64,000 nt of DNA from Eledone cirrhosa (GCA_964016885.1 OZ024750.1:6820001-6884000), one strand, 5' to 3'; shown: positions 39,221-54,585, counted from the first letter of the stretch. Notes: generated by a model from the sequence alone, not told the origin. Program-made: numbers and translations.

Positions 39221-41048
39221 GTCTGTCTCTCTCTCTCGCTCTTTCTGTTTCTCTGTCTCCCTCTCTCTATCTCTCTCTCTATTGCCCTACTAAAACCCCA
39301 GTATCCAGTTGACATAACCCCCACCCATCCTTCCTCACCCCAGGGGCTGTTATGTGATGCTAGTAGATATGTTACTGACTCACTGAGTCACCCCTCCCCC
39401 TCTTACCCCGTTCCTCCTTTATTCCCCCCTCTCTCTCTCTTCCTTAATTTTTCACCACTGATCATTTTTATGTTACTATCAACTTCTCTCTCTCTTCTGC
39501 CAGATTACCCCCCCCCCCCCCAGTTCCACATATTGTCTGCCCCACCCCCACCACAGATCCTACCTACCTACCTCTCTCTCCCCTTCACTCTTCCCTGACC
39601 CCCAGCACATATCCTCCCTATCTTCCCCCCCCCCCCCCCTTATTCTCTCTTCTCCAACCCCCACCACAGATCCTACCTACCTCTCTCTCTCTCTCTTCCT
39701 TAGTTTCTCTTGCTCCAACAGATCCTACTTATACCTCTCCCCCACCCTTACTTCCCTTACTCCCCCTCCCTCTTCCCCCTCCCTACCTCTCCCCTTCCCT
39801 CCATTCATCTTCTTTTGTCTCAGACAACTCTTTTTCTGCTCCATAGACTTAACAAGCTGAGCCAGGAGCTCGGCTTTAAGTTGTTTTTTCATTCATCTAT
39901 TTCACACTCTGTCACGTGTGTGTGTGTATATGTATATATATATATATATATATAAATATATATGTGTGTGTGTGTGTCAGTCTGTTTGTGTGTATGGGTG
40001 TGTGTGTATATATATATGGGTGCATTGTCGCATATGCATACACACACACACTCTCTCTATCTCTCTCTCTGTCTCTCTTAAATACAGACATTATATTTTC
40101 TCTGTTTGTTAAATATTATACACACTCTCCTGTATTATACACACTCTCCTATATTATACACACTCTCCTATATTATATACACTTTCCTATTATATACACT
40201 ATCCTTCCTAAACAAATGTTTTTCATTAAAAAGTCTTAATACAAACTTCAAGCTTACGGAACTTTCTTTGTGTTCTGACCAAGTATAAACACGTTTAAAG
40301 ATGATGATGATGATGATGATGATGATAGCAGTAGATATGGTAGTGTTGATAGTAGTGGTAGTAGTGGTAGTGGTGGTGGTGGTGGTGGTGGTGGTGGTGG
40401 TAACAATAGTTATGGCGGTGGTGGTGGTGGTGGTGGTGGCAGTAGTTATGATGATGGCGGTGGTGGTGACAATAGTTATGGCGGCGGTGGTGGTGGTGGT
40501 GACAATAGTTATGGCGGTGGTGGTGGTGACAATAGTTATGGCGGTGGTGGTGGTGACAATAGTTATGGCGGCGGTAGTGGTGGTGGTGGTGGTGACAATA
40601 GTTATGGCGGCGGTAGTGATTTATACGACAACCTTTTACAATGTAATTTCTTTGGTTTGAAGAGATCAAACTTAAGATTATATTTATTTCTAAAATAGGT
40701 TAATGTGGATTGATAAATAGGTCATTGTGTCTCATATATATAATTAGGGGCCACTCCCCCCCTCCCCCCACCATATGGAAAGGAAACCCCCAGCTATTTT
40801 CTTTAATGTGATACCTTTGATTTTTATTACAAGTTGCTTGTTTGTTACTTTGGAGGAAGTTTACTGAAACTATTGTTGTTGTTGTTAAGAACCCCCCACC
40901 AACTTCACCAACACCAACCCACACACCTCCCTCAACTAAAGAACAGTTCTTTAAGACATTGACTGAATTACATATTGTCCCAGACGACGTAATCCCTAAT
41001 TTTAAGTCTAGATGAAAAATGGGGTTTAAATCTCTGTATATTTTTTTA

Positions 41049-41125
41049 TGGAGGTGTATAGTGGCTCAGTGGTTAGGTTATTTGGTTCACGATCGTAGGT
41101 AAGGTGAGTTCGTTTCCTGCTCTGC
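41049..41125 (+). mobile_element. tRNA-derived SINE head (family B-like)
   Basis: GTGGCTCAGTGGTTAGG (A box) ... CACGATCG ... GAGTTCGTTTCC (B box-like). Confidence 0.55.
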
Positions 41126-42240
41126 CCTGCACCAGTAGATGGAGTGTTTTTAACAATCAGTTGAATGGTCTTTTGTTGTATAGGATCATGGATCATCTAG
41201 TGATGGCTCATCTAATGAGGAAAATCGAAGTTCAGAACATCTGGTGATAGCTCATCTTCTGAACTAGATGGAAGTTCAGAACATCTGGTGATAGCTCCTC
41301 CTCTGAACAAGATGGAAGATCAGAACATCTGTTGATAGCTCTTCCAGCAGGTACTGTCAGAATCAACCGTCTCCAACTAATCCGACTGGATTCCCAAACT
41401 CATGGATGTTACCCAACCACCTTGCTCGGAGTTTACCTATTAAATCATTATTAAAACTGAAATTTATGATTGAACTATAATTTTAGATGGATCCACTTTG
41501 TTTTAGATATAGTTGCACCATCATTATTATATCCATAATGTTAAACAAAACAAATTTAAAACATATACTGTTAATTACGAGTCATTATAAACGAAATCAT
41601 AACAAATTAATCGTTGTATGAAATTATTTTGCATCTGCGCAATGTTCTCTTAGAAAGCAAGTTTTAAATATTTGCACATAAAACTTCTTGTAAATCATTA
41701 TTACAAGGCTAAATTTCATGTAATTGAAACAATGAATTAAAAAAAACATTTTAGTGGACATGTAACAAGTAAATGAGCAGATTTAGCAAATTATATTAAA
41801 TTATTCACAAATTTGACAACCCTGCTCACGTATTTTCTCGCAACTCTCATAGTTATAAAATTCAGTAAGTAACACGATAATGGTTCTATTAATCGAAATA
41901 TTATTAATAAGCAACTAAAACAGAAAATATAAAACAATATAGATGCAAGATAAAAGCATAAAAACTACAAATAACAAAAAAATATGTGAATATATTGAGT
42001 GCGAAAGGTTGAGAGAGAAAGATCAAAAGTTTTTTTCCTTTTTACTGTTTAATTTAACTTCAAGACAAAAGAATGGTTATATGTACATCAAACTGTAGTT
42101 TCGTGTTTATCAATGAAGTTCTTAAAAGAATTATTGATGGATGTTGCTTATCTTTTTGCCGTTCAAACTGAAAATAGTTATTGATATATGTGGAAGAAAA
42201 TGATAAAATAACTGCTATTATTAATTAATATAATTAATTA

Positions 42241-42457
42241 GGGCGGTGGGTTAGCAGTGTCGGTAGAGGGTCAAACACCATGCTTTGCAGAATAGAGTTA
42301 CGGCCCTTTGTGATCTGAGTTCAAATCCCGCCGAGATTGACTTTGCCTTTCATCCTTGCGGGGTCGATAAAATGAAGTACCAGTAACGGACTGGGGTTGA
42401 TTTAATCGACTTTCCCGTTTCCTGTCAAATTGCTGGCCTCGTGACAAACAGAAACAA
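42241..42457 (+). mobile_element. SINE family A, long-tail variant
   Basis: Head, GAGTTCAAATCCCGCCGAG, core GACTTTGCCTTTCATCCTTGCGGGGTCGATAAAATGAAGTACCAGT. Confidence 0.9.
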
Positions 42458-42660
42458 TAGTTAAGAATGCTTCAATAGAGTAGAGACTATATTAATCTCA
42501 CTAAACTTCTAGAATACCGTCATTTACTAAGTCAAATGTCATCATGAAACTGTTATGTAAGATTTTAGTTATTTTCTCATAAAAAAAAACAAATTTTATT
42601 TCGTTTTCAAATCGTACATGTCGTCTCAAAGCACGTTCCTTAGCCATCAAACATGTATAT

Positions 42661-42716
42661 AGTCCAGAATTAGCCGTCGAAACGGCTTGAGCTCAGCCGT
42701 CGGGGTCTTACTGGTT

Positions 42717-42720
<4 letters not shown>
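42661..42720 (+). mobile_element. Family P2 short copy
   Basis: AGTCCAGAATTAGCCGTCGAAACGGCTTGAGCTCAGCCGTCGGGGTC, with the same 5' end as 56215. Confidence 0.8.
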
Positions 42721-42762
<42 letters not shown>

Positions 42763-42766
42763 CATG

Positions 42767-42822
<56 letters not shown>

Positions 42823-42828
42823 CATATG

Positions 42829-42879
<51 letters not shown>

Positions 42880-42888
42880 ACATATGTG

Positions 42889-42932
<44 letters not shown>

Positions 42933-42938
42933 CATATG

Positions 42939-42996
<58 letters not shown>

Positions 42997-43060
42997 CATA
43001 TGTGTGTGTGTCTATATATATATATTTATATATATATATATATATATTTATATATACATA

Positions 43061-43109
<49 letters not shown>

Positions 43110-43116
43110 ACATATG

Positions 43117-43147
<31 letters not shown>

Positions 43148-43350
43148 TTATATATACATATGTGTGTGTGTCTATATATATATATGTGTGTGTGTGTGCG
43201 TGTACTTGTCTTAAAGCACGTTCCTGAGCCATCAAACATGTATATACAGTAACAATTTGATCAACTTGGATCCTATATCCTGACATAAAGTTATATATAG
43301 ACGGCTGTTCTATACATGACCTTTTAATCGAGGTTCTTCAGTATTTTAGA

Positions 43351-43542
43351 GAATTCTCTCACCTCTTTCTGTTCAAACTGTCTATAACCAGCCGCTCATA
43401 CTGATGTTAAGGTATTGTTCTCAAAATAAATAGTATCAAAATCTCATAGATTTTATTTTATGCGAGATAATTATATGAGGTAAAGCCTTTACAGTAAAAA
43501 TACAATAGTATATATAGAATAATGTAAATGCTAAAGAGTTAA
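43351..43542 (-). mobile_element. piggyBac-like MITE, one end missing
   Basis: Reverse complement of 36085-36270, ending TAAATGCTAAAGAG-TTAA. Confidence 0.85.
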
Positions 43543-44345
43543 GAACAAAAAAAAAAAATCTGTTTTTGTATTTTCAAAGACGTTTTTTTAATCTTTCGAA
43601 AAACGGTAAAAATTGACCTTCATACGAAACATGTCTAGTATCAATGTTTTTAATTTAGACGGCTTCATACTTCCATTAGCCAAATATCTAATATAAATTG
43701 GGCAGATTGGAAGGTGTACTTCGTGTCTAAGAGTTAAAGTAGATCCATATTGTATGATATTTGTTCAACTTCTATCCAGTTTCACTCGCTTTCAGATTTG
43801 TCGTATGTCATCTAGACTGAAAGCAAGTGAGGTATTTTCATTTCTATGTAATAAAACTTACATTGATGTTTTGGAAAATAACCATAAAAGCAAACTTAAA
43901 ACAATGATGTAAGTTAGCCAAGAAGAATATATATATATATATATATATATATGGCTCGATTTTATTCTCTGAATTCTATCTTGAGCTGTTTTTTGAGACA
44001 AGACATATGTTTGATTTTGTATCATGAATGATACAAAATTCATGAATGTAATATATATATATATATATATTGTGTCTGTATGTTTGTTTTTACATTACTG
44101 AATTTAAAATGCAAACATTAAAACCACATTTTTATATTTATAAATTTTATATGATACAAGTTACTTTGGAAAATGAAGGAAAATTGTGTTATTTTTTGTT
44201 GATTTTACGAATAAATTTCATATTTATCACTAACAAGTACCGACTTCGGCAAAATAGCCTGTATTCTCTCTCTCTCTCTCTCTCATGAATATAATATATA
44301 TATATATATATATATTCATCTTGGCTAACTTACATCATTGTTTTA

Positions 44346-44389
<44 letters not shown>

Positions 44390-44768
44390 TTTTATGCAAT
44401 ATACACAAGTGTACAATATAAAATTATTACGACACGGATTGTAAATTTTGACTTCATTTTTTTGACACTTTAGTTGAAAAGTAGTTTACCGTGACCGTAG
44501 TATTACATTATTATTTGGTTCATTAAATCAAGGTCCGTTAAACCAAGAGTTTATTGTAATTATATCTTGAAATTGCGTTGATAGTCTCGGCTGATTGGAG
44601 TTGTTCCGCCATATTCAGGCACCGTGATTCTCTTTGTATTTATATCATTGATAAAGAGCACTCGATTCAGGTAGTTTTGCATCACCCTTTGTCTACACAC
44701 AATGTCTTTCCCCATTCCTGTATATGTATATATATATATATGTGTGTGTGTGTGTCTGTCTGTGCGTG

Positions 44769-44813
<45 letters not shown>

Positions 44814-44824
44814 ATGTATATATG

Positions 44825-44865
<41 letters not shown>

Positions 44866-44874
44866 ATATGTATG

Positions 44875-44905
<31 letters not shown>

Positions 44906-44910
44906 ATGTA

Positions 44911-45039
<129 letters not shown>

Positions 45040-45045
45040 ATATAT

Positions 45046-45097
45046 GAACTGATTCAGGACCCCGACGGCTGAGCTCCGGGCGTTTCGACAGCTAGCT
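45046..45097 (-). mobile_element. Family P2 short copy
   Basis: Reverse complement CTAGCTGTCGAAACGCCCGGAGCTCAGCCGTCGGGGTCCTGAATC. Confidence 0.65.
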
Positions 45098-45149
45098 CCG
45101 ACAGCTATTTGGTCATACTCTAAGTCTAGTCAATTTATTGAATATGGTT

Positions 45150-45184
45150 CGCTGAAAAGATCTAATTAGATCGAAACATGCCCG
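45150..45184 (+). ncRNA. Decayed minimal hammerhead motif
   Basis: CTGAAAA / GATCT AATT AGATC / GAAA CATG CC. There are two core lesions (G8 and U16.1) and stem I is weak. Confidence 0.4.
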
Positions 45185-47054
45185 TTGACTTCTAGACAAG
45201 GCCCACTCCCAATACATTGTTTTAAATTGTTCCAAAAGACTTTGATTAACCGACAGCTATAGGAGTCCTCTTCTGATCAAATAAACACCCCTAAATGACC
45301 TTATTCAGACCTAGAGATGAGATAGGCTCCGCCAGTTTTTTTTTAAAAGGTGCCCTAGAAACTCCGCATGTCAGTATGGCGCCCGTATGACTCCTTAAGG
45401 AGTTACGGGTTAAAAAACAGACGAAACAAAACAAAAATATATGGTTAGTATTCTTTACTAATGAGATGTTTAGCTGCAAATCAAGGTTTGAAATGTTCCC
45501 CTTTATAATAAGTATAGGGTTGCTTAACAACACTTTACCCGCCTTCTCTTGCTATAATTTATTTGAAGTTGGCATATAATAGGCATTGTTTAATTTATTG
45601 AGGTTATAACTAACACCATTGCTGGTCACTTGAATGTATTTCCTTATAATTGTTGTTGTTATTGTTGTTGTTTTAGAGGCGGGGGAGATAGTAATAGGAA
45701 TGGTCTGTTAGCTTGCTGGCGTTTTTTTTTTTTTCGTTGTTGCTTTTTTTTCCTTCTGATATTATTTTTCCGTTCCCAAAATAGAGCCACTAATTAATTT
45801 TCCTATCCTTTAAAATGATTCTCCTCAACCAAGTCAGTGCATTCATCTCTCGTTTAGATTTCCACTGAATCATTTCCTTGCTTGTTTCACTCATTCTAGC
45901 AATTTCTCTTGCCTTTATAGCTCGGCCCTGGGGTCCGGGGTTTGGGGTCTTGGTTCACAATAACAGAGCTCTTTTGTTCTCTCCAGTAATTATTAATATC
46001 AGAAGGGAAAAAAAAAGGGGGGGGGGGGGGGCTTTGAATGTTATGAAAAGAGAAACAACCCATGAGGGGGAAAATATTCCATTGATATTCCATTTATGCC
46101 ATTGTCTGTAAATCTGAACATTTTCCACAAAACATGGTCGCTAATTATTTGAATCCGTTGAACATTTTTTGAAAGACGTGTCTTTTGAGGGCAAATAGAT
46201 TGTATGTAGCCTGGAAGAAATGGTATTTGTAAATGTTATTTAAATATTTAATTAAACTATGTGTTCATTATTGCCTTGAATTATTGTTTTACGAGTAAAG
46301 ATAATCTTAGAGATGTGTTGTTGTTATTGTTGTTGTTGTTGTTCTTTTTTTGCCTTCTTCTTTACCTTCTTTTTTTCTTTTTCTTCTTCTTTGCCTTCTT
46401 TACCTTCTTTTCTTCTTTTTCTTCTTTGCCTTGTTCTTCTTCTTTGCCTTGTTCTTCTTGTTCTTCTTCTTTGCCCCCTTCTTCTTCTTCTTCTTCTTCT
46501 TCTTCTTCTTCTTCTTCTTCTTCTTCTTCTTCTTCTTTACCTTCTTTTCTTCTTTGCCTTCTTCTTTGCCTTCTTCTTCTTCTTCTTCTTCTTCTTCTTC
46601 TTCTTCTTCTTCTTCTTCTTCTTCTTCTTTGCCTTCTTTGCCTTCTTCTTCTTTGCCTTCTTCTCGTAGTGACTAATATATTTTATACCCTGTGTTCTAT
46701 CTCAAGGTTTCAATCTAGTTCCGCTGTTTATAGAATGTTATTATCTTATAAATCATATAAATATTAATGTGTTACCATATAAATAATATATGTGTTTAAA
46801 CAGACAACGAAAGTTATCTGTTTTCAAGAACGGAATTCTAATTAACTTGAGAAACGTTAAAACAACTGGAAAATGTCGTTTAAATACAAAATAATTAAAT
46901 AATTAAATAATTAAATAAATAAATAAATAATCAATCATGTTACACATTATTGAATCATTGGACATTTCTTGGTCACACATTTATAGTAACATGTCTAAAT
47001 CTGGAAAATATTCCATTATTTCTTTATGATGTAAAAGATGAAGGGGGGGGGGGG

Positions 47055-47511
47055 GGGTTGTCAGTAATCGGTAGAGCGCCAGACACGAGGTTTTGCAGCA
47101 TAAAGGTACGTCCCTTTACGTTTTGAGTTCAAATCCCGCAGAGGTGAGATTTTCCCCTTTCCTCCCTGCGGAGGTCGATAAAATAAAGTACCAGTAATGC
47201 TCTGGGGTCGATTTAATTGACCCCCCCCCACCTTCCCCTCACTGCTTTTACCAATATATCCACATACATATAAATAATATATATTTAAAACTAAATTTTA
47301 CCATTTTAGTTTGGAATAATTGTATTTATTTCTTGCTTTCTAATCTTTATTCCAAGGAAGCCAATGTTACGCTCCAGTGATCAAACTGACATTGGATCAA
47401 TGATACACCTTCTGAGTTTCGTTGTTGTTCTCCCCCCCCCCCCCTCCCCGCCCTTGTCTCTCATATCCGTGACACTTTAGTTTCGGAATTGAAATTTTAA
47501 TCTGAAATTTG

Positions 47512-47545
<34 letters not shown>

Positions 47546-47730
47546 GTGGATTGTCAGTATCGGTAGAGGGTCGGGCGCCATGCTTTGAAGCATAGAGTTA
47601 CGGCCCTTGCCATTCTGAGTTCAAATCCCGCCGAGGTTAACTTTGCCTTTCATCCTTATGGGGTTGATAAAATAAAGTACCAGTAATGCACTGGGTAATT
47701 ACTGGCCTTGTGCCTAAAGTAGAAACAATT
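47055..47730 (+). mobile_element. Two SINE family A copies (47055-47230 and 47545-47730)
   Basis: B box and GTCGATAAAATAAAGTACCAGT-type core in each. Confidence 0.85.
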
Positions 47731-49063
47731 ATTATTATTCATTCAATGTTCAGTTTGTTGTTTCTTTCAAATCTGTTTCATGTCGTCATTTCAGTTGTTT
47801 CTATTGGTGGGGGGGGGGGGGGGGGGACTTGTTGAGGACCTAAGTGGCCAGAAGGTTAAAAATGGTAGATTCTTTGGCGGCAAGTGTATGATGGTGGTGG
47901 TGGTGGTGATGGTGGTGGGAGTGGGGGTGTTGATGGTGTTGATGACGATGATGGTGGTGGTGGTGTTGATTGTGTTGATGATGAGGATGGTGGTGGTGGT
48001 GGTGTTGATGATGTTAGTGGTGGGGGTGTTGGTGGTGGTGATGATGGTGTTGGTGTTGATGGTGGTGGTGGTGGTGTTGATGGTGGGGGTGTTGGTGGTG
48101 GTGGTGTTGGTGGTGATGATGGTGATGGTGATGGTGTTGATGGTGTTGATGATGATGATGGTGGTGGTGATGGTGTTGATGGTGGGGGTGTTGGTGGTGT
48201 TGATGGTGGGGGTGTTGGTGGTGGTGATGATGGTGGTGGTGGTGGTGATGATGGTGTTTATGATGATGATGATAGTATGGTCGATTCTTTGGCAAGTGTA
48301 TGATGGTGGTGGTGATGATGGTGTTGTTGGTGTTGATGATGATGGAGATAGTGTTGATGATGATGATGGTGGTGGTGGTTTAGAACAATCCACCGTTATT
48401 AATAATGTTATATCATGTAATGGCCATACTCGATAACGAGGGGGCAGCCATCATATATGTATGTATGTGTGTGTATGTATATGCGTGTGTGTATGTGTAT
48501 ATGTGTGTGTATGTATATGTATGCGTGTGTATGGATATGTGTGTGTATGTATATGTATGCGTGCGTATGTATACGTGTCTATGTGTATATGTGTGTGTAT
48601 GTATATGTATGCGTGTGTATGTATATGTGTGTATGTGTATATGTGTGAATATGTATATCTATGCGTGTGTATGTATATGTGTCTATGTGTATATGTGTAT
48701 GTGCATGCGTGTGTATGTATATGTGTGTGTATGTGTATATGTGTGTGTATGTATAAGTGTGTATGTGTATATGTGTGTATATGTATAAGTGTGTATGTGT
48801 ATATGTATGTGTATGTATATATATGTGTGTGTATGTACGTATGTTCTGGTTTATAATGTTATAATGTCTTACCAATAGAGAGTCGGTTTCTAACATAGAC
48901 ACAAGACTCTTTTATTGGAATTTAGACATCAACTTGGTAGATATGTCTGTGTGTGTGTGTGTGTGTGTGTGCAGGTATAGATGTTATTATGTGTGTGGTT
49001 GTGTATGCTTTGAGTTATATATGTACATGTGTACATGCAGTTATTACATGCAGAACCTTTGTA

Positions 49064-49111
<48 letters not shown>

Positions 49112-49220
49112 TGTGTGTGTGTGTATGTGTGTGTGTGTGAGAGAGAGGGAGAGAGTACAATTAAAATATATATGAATATTTGTGTAAGTATGACTGATGT
49201 GAGTGTGTGTGTGTGTTTGC

Positions 49221-49261
<41 letters not shown>

Positions 49262-49552
49262 ACAGTCGGCGCTGATATGACCGACAGTTCGATTCTCAAT
49301 CACGATATTCCAGGTTCGATTCCACTGCATGCTATCTTGGACAAGTATCTTTTACTATAGTTTCATATACATTATGCGCGCGCGCATGTGTGTGTATGTT
49401 CTTGTATATATATATATATGTGTGTGTGTGTGTAGATATGTGCATGTGTTTCCGTCACTATATGTGTGTATGTGTTCGTGTATAATATAATGTGTGTGTG
49501 TGTGTGTGTGTATAATATAATGTATGTGTGTGTGTGTGTGTGTATAATATAA

Positions 49553-49628
<76 letters not shown>

Positions 49629-50602
49629 AGAGAGAAATGGACTTTATATAAAGGTGTGACGGAGTTGTGTGAGAAATAGAAGACTGGAATGGAGACAGAA
49701 GGCAACAGATTAATAGATGTGTGTGTTTGTATATATATGTGTGTGTGTGTGTGTGTGTGCGTATATATATGTGTATGTGTGTTTGTATATATATATATAT
49801 GTGTGTGTGTACGTATATATATATATATGTGTGTGTGTGTGTAAGTATATATATGTGTGTATGTGTGTGTGTTGTATATATGGTTGCGTATGTGAGTGTA
49901 CGTGTGTGTTTGTATATATGTGTGTGTATGTGTGTACGTATATATATGTGTGTATGTGTGTGTGTTTGTATATGTGTGTATGTGTGTGTGTTTGTATATA
50001 TGTGTGTGTGTGTACGTATATATATATGTGTATGTGTGTGTGTTTGTATATATGTGTGTGTGTGTGTACGTATATATGTGTGTGTGTTTGTATATATGTG
50101 TGTGTGTGTGTTTACGTATATATATGTGTGTATGTGTGTGTGTTGTATATATGTGTGTATATGTGAGTGTTTGTATATATGTGTGTGTATGTGAGTGTAC
50201 GTGTGTGTTTATATATACATATATGTGAGTGTATGTCTGTGTGAATGAATGTGTGTGTATGTGTATGTGTGTGTGAATGAACGTGTGTGTGAAGTAGATA
50301 TTTTGAACACTGAAGGTATGTCCTTGATTGTGTGTGTGTGTGTGTATATGTTGCTGTCTATATGTATATTTGAGAGTGTGTGTGTGTGTATATATATATA
50401 TATTTGAGAGTGTGTGTGTGTATATATTTGAGAGAGTGTATATATATATATTTGAGAGAGTCTGTATATATATTTGAGAGTGTGTGTATATATATATTTG
50501 AGAGAGTGTATATATATATATTTGAGAGTGTGTATATATATATATTTGAGAGAGTGTATATATATATAAGAGAGTGTATATATATATATATATATGAGAG
50601 TG

Positions 50603-50633
<31 letters not shown>

Positions 50634-51771
50634 GAGAGTGTATATATATATATATATAAGAGAGTGTATATATATATATATATGAGGGTGTATATATATA
50701 TATGAGTGTATATATATATATATATGAGAGTGTATATATATATATGAGAGTGTATATATATATATATATGAGAGTGTATATATATATATGAGAGTGTATA
50801 TATATATATATATGAGAGTGTATATATATATATGAGAGTGTATATATATATGAGAGTGTATGTATATATATATATATGAGAGTGTATATATATATATGAG
50901 AGTGTATATATATATATATATATATGAGAGTGTATATATATATATATGAGAGTGTATATATATATATGAGAGTATATATATATATATATGAGAGTGTATA
51001 TATATATATATATGAGAGTGTATATATATATATTTGTGTCTGTTTATTAATTTTGAAGAATAAGATTTTTGGCTTCTGAGTAGAGAGAGTTCTGGTAAAA
51101 TAAATTAGCAACAAGTAACCTTGACTGTAGGTGGCAGCAGTAGTGGTAGTACTATAGTAGAAGTGGTAGTAGTAGTAGTGGTAGTAGTAGTGGTATTATT
51201 AGTAGTTGTAGTAGTAGTAGTAGTACTACTACTAGTAGTTGTAGTAGTAGTAGTTGTAGTAGTAGTAGTAACACTTGGATGGTGTGTGTGAGAGAGAGAA
51301 GGGGATATTATCTCCATCATTCGTTCATCACCACCACCACCACAACCAACCATCACCACCACCACAACCAACCATCACCACCACCATCATCATCATCACC
51401 ACCACAACCATCATTACCACCACAACCATCATCACCACCACCATCATCACCACCACCACCACCATCATCACCACCATCATCACCACCACCATCATCACCA
51501 CTACCACCATCATCACCACCATCACCACCACAACCATCATCACCACCATCATCACCACCATCATCATCACCACCATCACCATCACCACCATCATCACCAC
51601 CATCATCACCACCATCATCATCACCACCATCACCATCACCACCATCATCACCACCATCATCATCATCATCATCATCACCACCATCATCAATATTTTTGTC
51701 ATTAATATTTTTCCCTCGTCAACCTCATTACATCACCATCATCATCATCATCGATATTATTGCCACCATTA

Positions 51772-51866
51772 TTAGCTTTGCCTTTCATCCTTACGGGGTC
51801 GATAAAATAAAGTACCAGTAATGTACTGGGTAATTGCTGGCCTTGTGCCTAAACTAGAAACAATTA
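51772..51866 (+). mobile_element. SINE family A 3' half
   Basis: CTTTGCCTTTCATCCTTACGGGGTCGATAAAATAAAGTACCAGT...AGAAACAATT. Confidence 0.9.
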
Positions 51867-51904
51867 TTATCATTAATACCATCACCGCCGCTGCCATTTG
51901 TTCT

Positions 51905-51975
<71 letters not shown>

Positions 51976-52140
51976 CACTACTACTGCTACTACTACTAGT
52001 ACTACTACTACTACTACTACTACTAGTACTACTGCTACTACTACTACTACTAGTACTACTACTACTACTACTACTACTACTAGTACTACTGCTACTACTA
52101 CTACTACTACTACTACCACTACTACTACTACTACTACTAG

Positions 52141-52182
<42 letters not shown>

Positions 52183-52247
52183 CACTACTACTACTACTAC
52201 TACTGCTACTAATAGTAGTACTACTACTACTACTACTAGTAGTACTA

Positions 52248-52294
<47 letters not shown>

Positions 52295-52337
52295 GCTACT
52301 AATAGTAGTACTACTACTACTACTACTAGTAGTACTA

Positions 52338-52386
<49 letters not shown>

Positions 52387-52496
52387 ATGCAACAATATCA
52401 ACAACATTCAACTTTATTCTATGTGAAAGAAAGGAGATAAAGATGGTTTGGAAGAGAGAAACTCATTTGAATCAACTTAGTCTCTCTCACTGTCTT

Positions 52497-52531
<35 letters not shown>

Positions 52532-52854
52532 TTGAGTCTCCCCCTCTCTCTCTCTCTTTCTGAGTATCTCTCTCTCTTTTTGAGTCTCTCTCTCTTTTTG
52601 AGTCTCTCTCTCTCTTTTTGAGCCTCTCTCTCTCTTTTTGAGTCTCTCTCTGAGTCTCTCTCTCTCTCTTTCTCTCTGAGTCTCTCTCTCTCTTTCTGAG
52701 TCTCACTCTCTGTCTCCCACTCTCTCACTCTCTGACAGACTGCCGGAACTTTATAGTCTACATTGTTTAGAACTGTTTGTGTCTGTTGATCCATTTCCTC
52801 TCCCTTCACCACCACCACCACCACCTATCACCTTGTAGCTCCACCACCACCACC

Positions 52855-52885
<31 letters not shown>

Positions 52886-52916
52886 CCTATCACCTTGTAG
52901 CTCCACCACCACCACC

Positions 52917-52947
<31 letters not shown>

Positions 52948-53694
52948 CTGCCACCACCACCATCACCCATCACCTTCCAACTCCGCCATTTACCAGTCTC
53001 ACCTTTCCCATGTAACGCCCTGCTGCCATCTCCACCATTATTACAATTATCAGTACTGTTATCACATCAACACCACCACCACCACCACCACCACCACCAC
53101 CACCAACACCACCACCACCACCACCAACACCACCACCACCACCACCAACACTAACGCCATTACTAGCAACATCAGTACCATTGGGACTAACACCAACACC
53201 ATCATTACCAACACCAATACCATTGGTACTTGTACCATTATCATTAGGACTAGTACTACTGACACCTTTGGTACCAACACCACCTCCATCACTACTCCAT
53301 CACCACCACCACCATCACTACTCCATCACCACCATCACTACCAACACCACCACCATCACTACTAACACTAACACTACTAACACTACCAATACTCACACCA
53401 TCACTACCAACACCATCACTACTACCACCACCACCACCATCACTCCTACCACCACCACCACCATCACTACTACCACCACCACCACCATCACTACTACCAC
53501 CACCACCATCACTACCACCACCACCACCACCATCACTACTACTACCAACACCACCACCACCACTACTACCACCACCACCATCAACAACACTACTAACACT
53601 AACACCAAAGACCATTGGTACTAGTACCATTACTATAGGAACTAGTACTAACACCAACACCAATGGTATTAGTGTTGGTACCAATTATCATATA

Positions 53695-54585
53695 ACCCCC
53701 AACACCCCCCTACCTGTACCAACACCCCCCTACCTCTACCAACGCCCCCCTACCTCTACCAACACCCCCTACCTCTACCAACACCCCCTACCTCTACCAA
53801 CACCCACCACCCTATTTACCTCTACCAACACCCACCACCCTATTTACCTCTACCAACACCCCCCTACCTCTACCAACACCCCCTACCTCTACCAACACCC
53901 CCTACCTCTACCAACACCCCCTACCTATTTACCTCTACCAACACCCCCGTACCTCTACCAACACCCACCACCCTATTTACCTCTACCAACACCCCCTACC
54001 TCTACCAACACCCCCCTACCTCTACCAACACCCCCTACCTCTACCAACACCCCCTACCTCTACCAACACCCCCCTACCTATTTACCTCTACCAACACCCA
54101 CCACCCTATTTACCTCTACCAACACCCACCACCCTATTTACCTCTACCAACACCCCCCTACCTCTACCAACACCCCCTACTTCTACCAACACCCCCCTAC
54201 CTCTACCAACACCCCCTACCTCTACCAACACCCCCTACCTATTTACCTCTACCAACACCCCCTACCTATTTACCTCTACTAACACCCCCGTACCTCTACC
54301 AACACCCACCACCCTATTTACCTCTACCAACACCCCCCTACCTCTACCAACAACCCCCTACCTCTACCAACACCCCCTACCTCTACCAACACCCCCTACC
54401 TATTTACCTCTACCAACACCCCCTACCAACACCCCCTACCTCTACCAACACCCCCTACCTCTACCAACACCTCCTACCTCTACCAACACCCCCTACCTCT
54501 ACCAACACCCCCTACCTATTTACCTCTACCAACACCTCCTACCTCTACCAACACCCCCTACCTCTACCAACACCCCCTACCTCTG
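53695..54585. repeat. C-rich 19-20-bp minisatellite
   Basis: Unit CTCTACCAACACCCCCTAC, with CCTATTTA insert variants. Confidence 0.95.

Noticed and set aside
41194-41350. Ser-rich plus-strand exon with plausible splice sites
   Set aside because: The internal repeat is 44 bp, not a multiple of 3, and the Ser-rich frame shifts and hits a stop.
43295-43345. Minus-strand CUGAAGA with ACCU/AGGU hairpin
   Set aside because: No GAAA follows stem II, so it is at most a fragment.
44230-44265. Minus-strand GGC-UAUUUU-GCC GAAG UCGG UA as a hammerhead 3' half
   Set aside because: Two deviations from the core and no 5' box; too degenerate to call.
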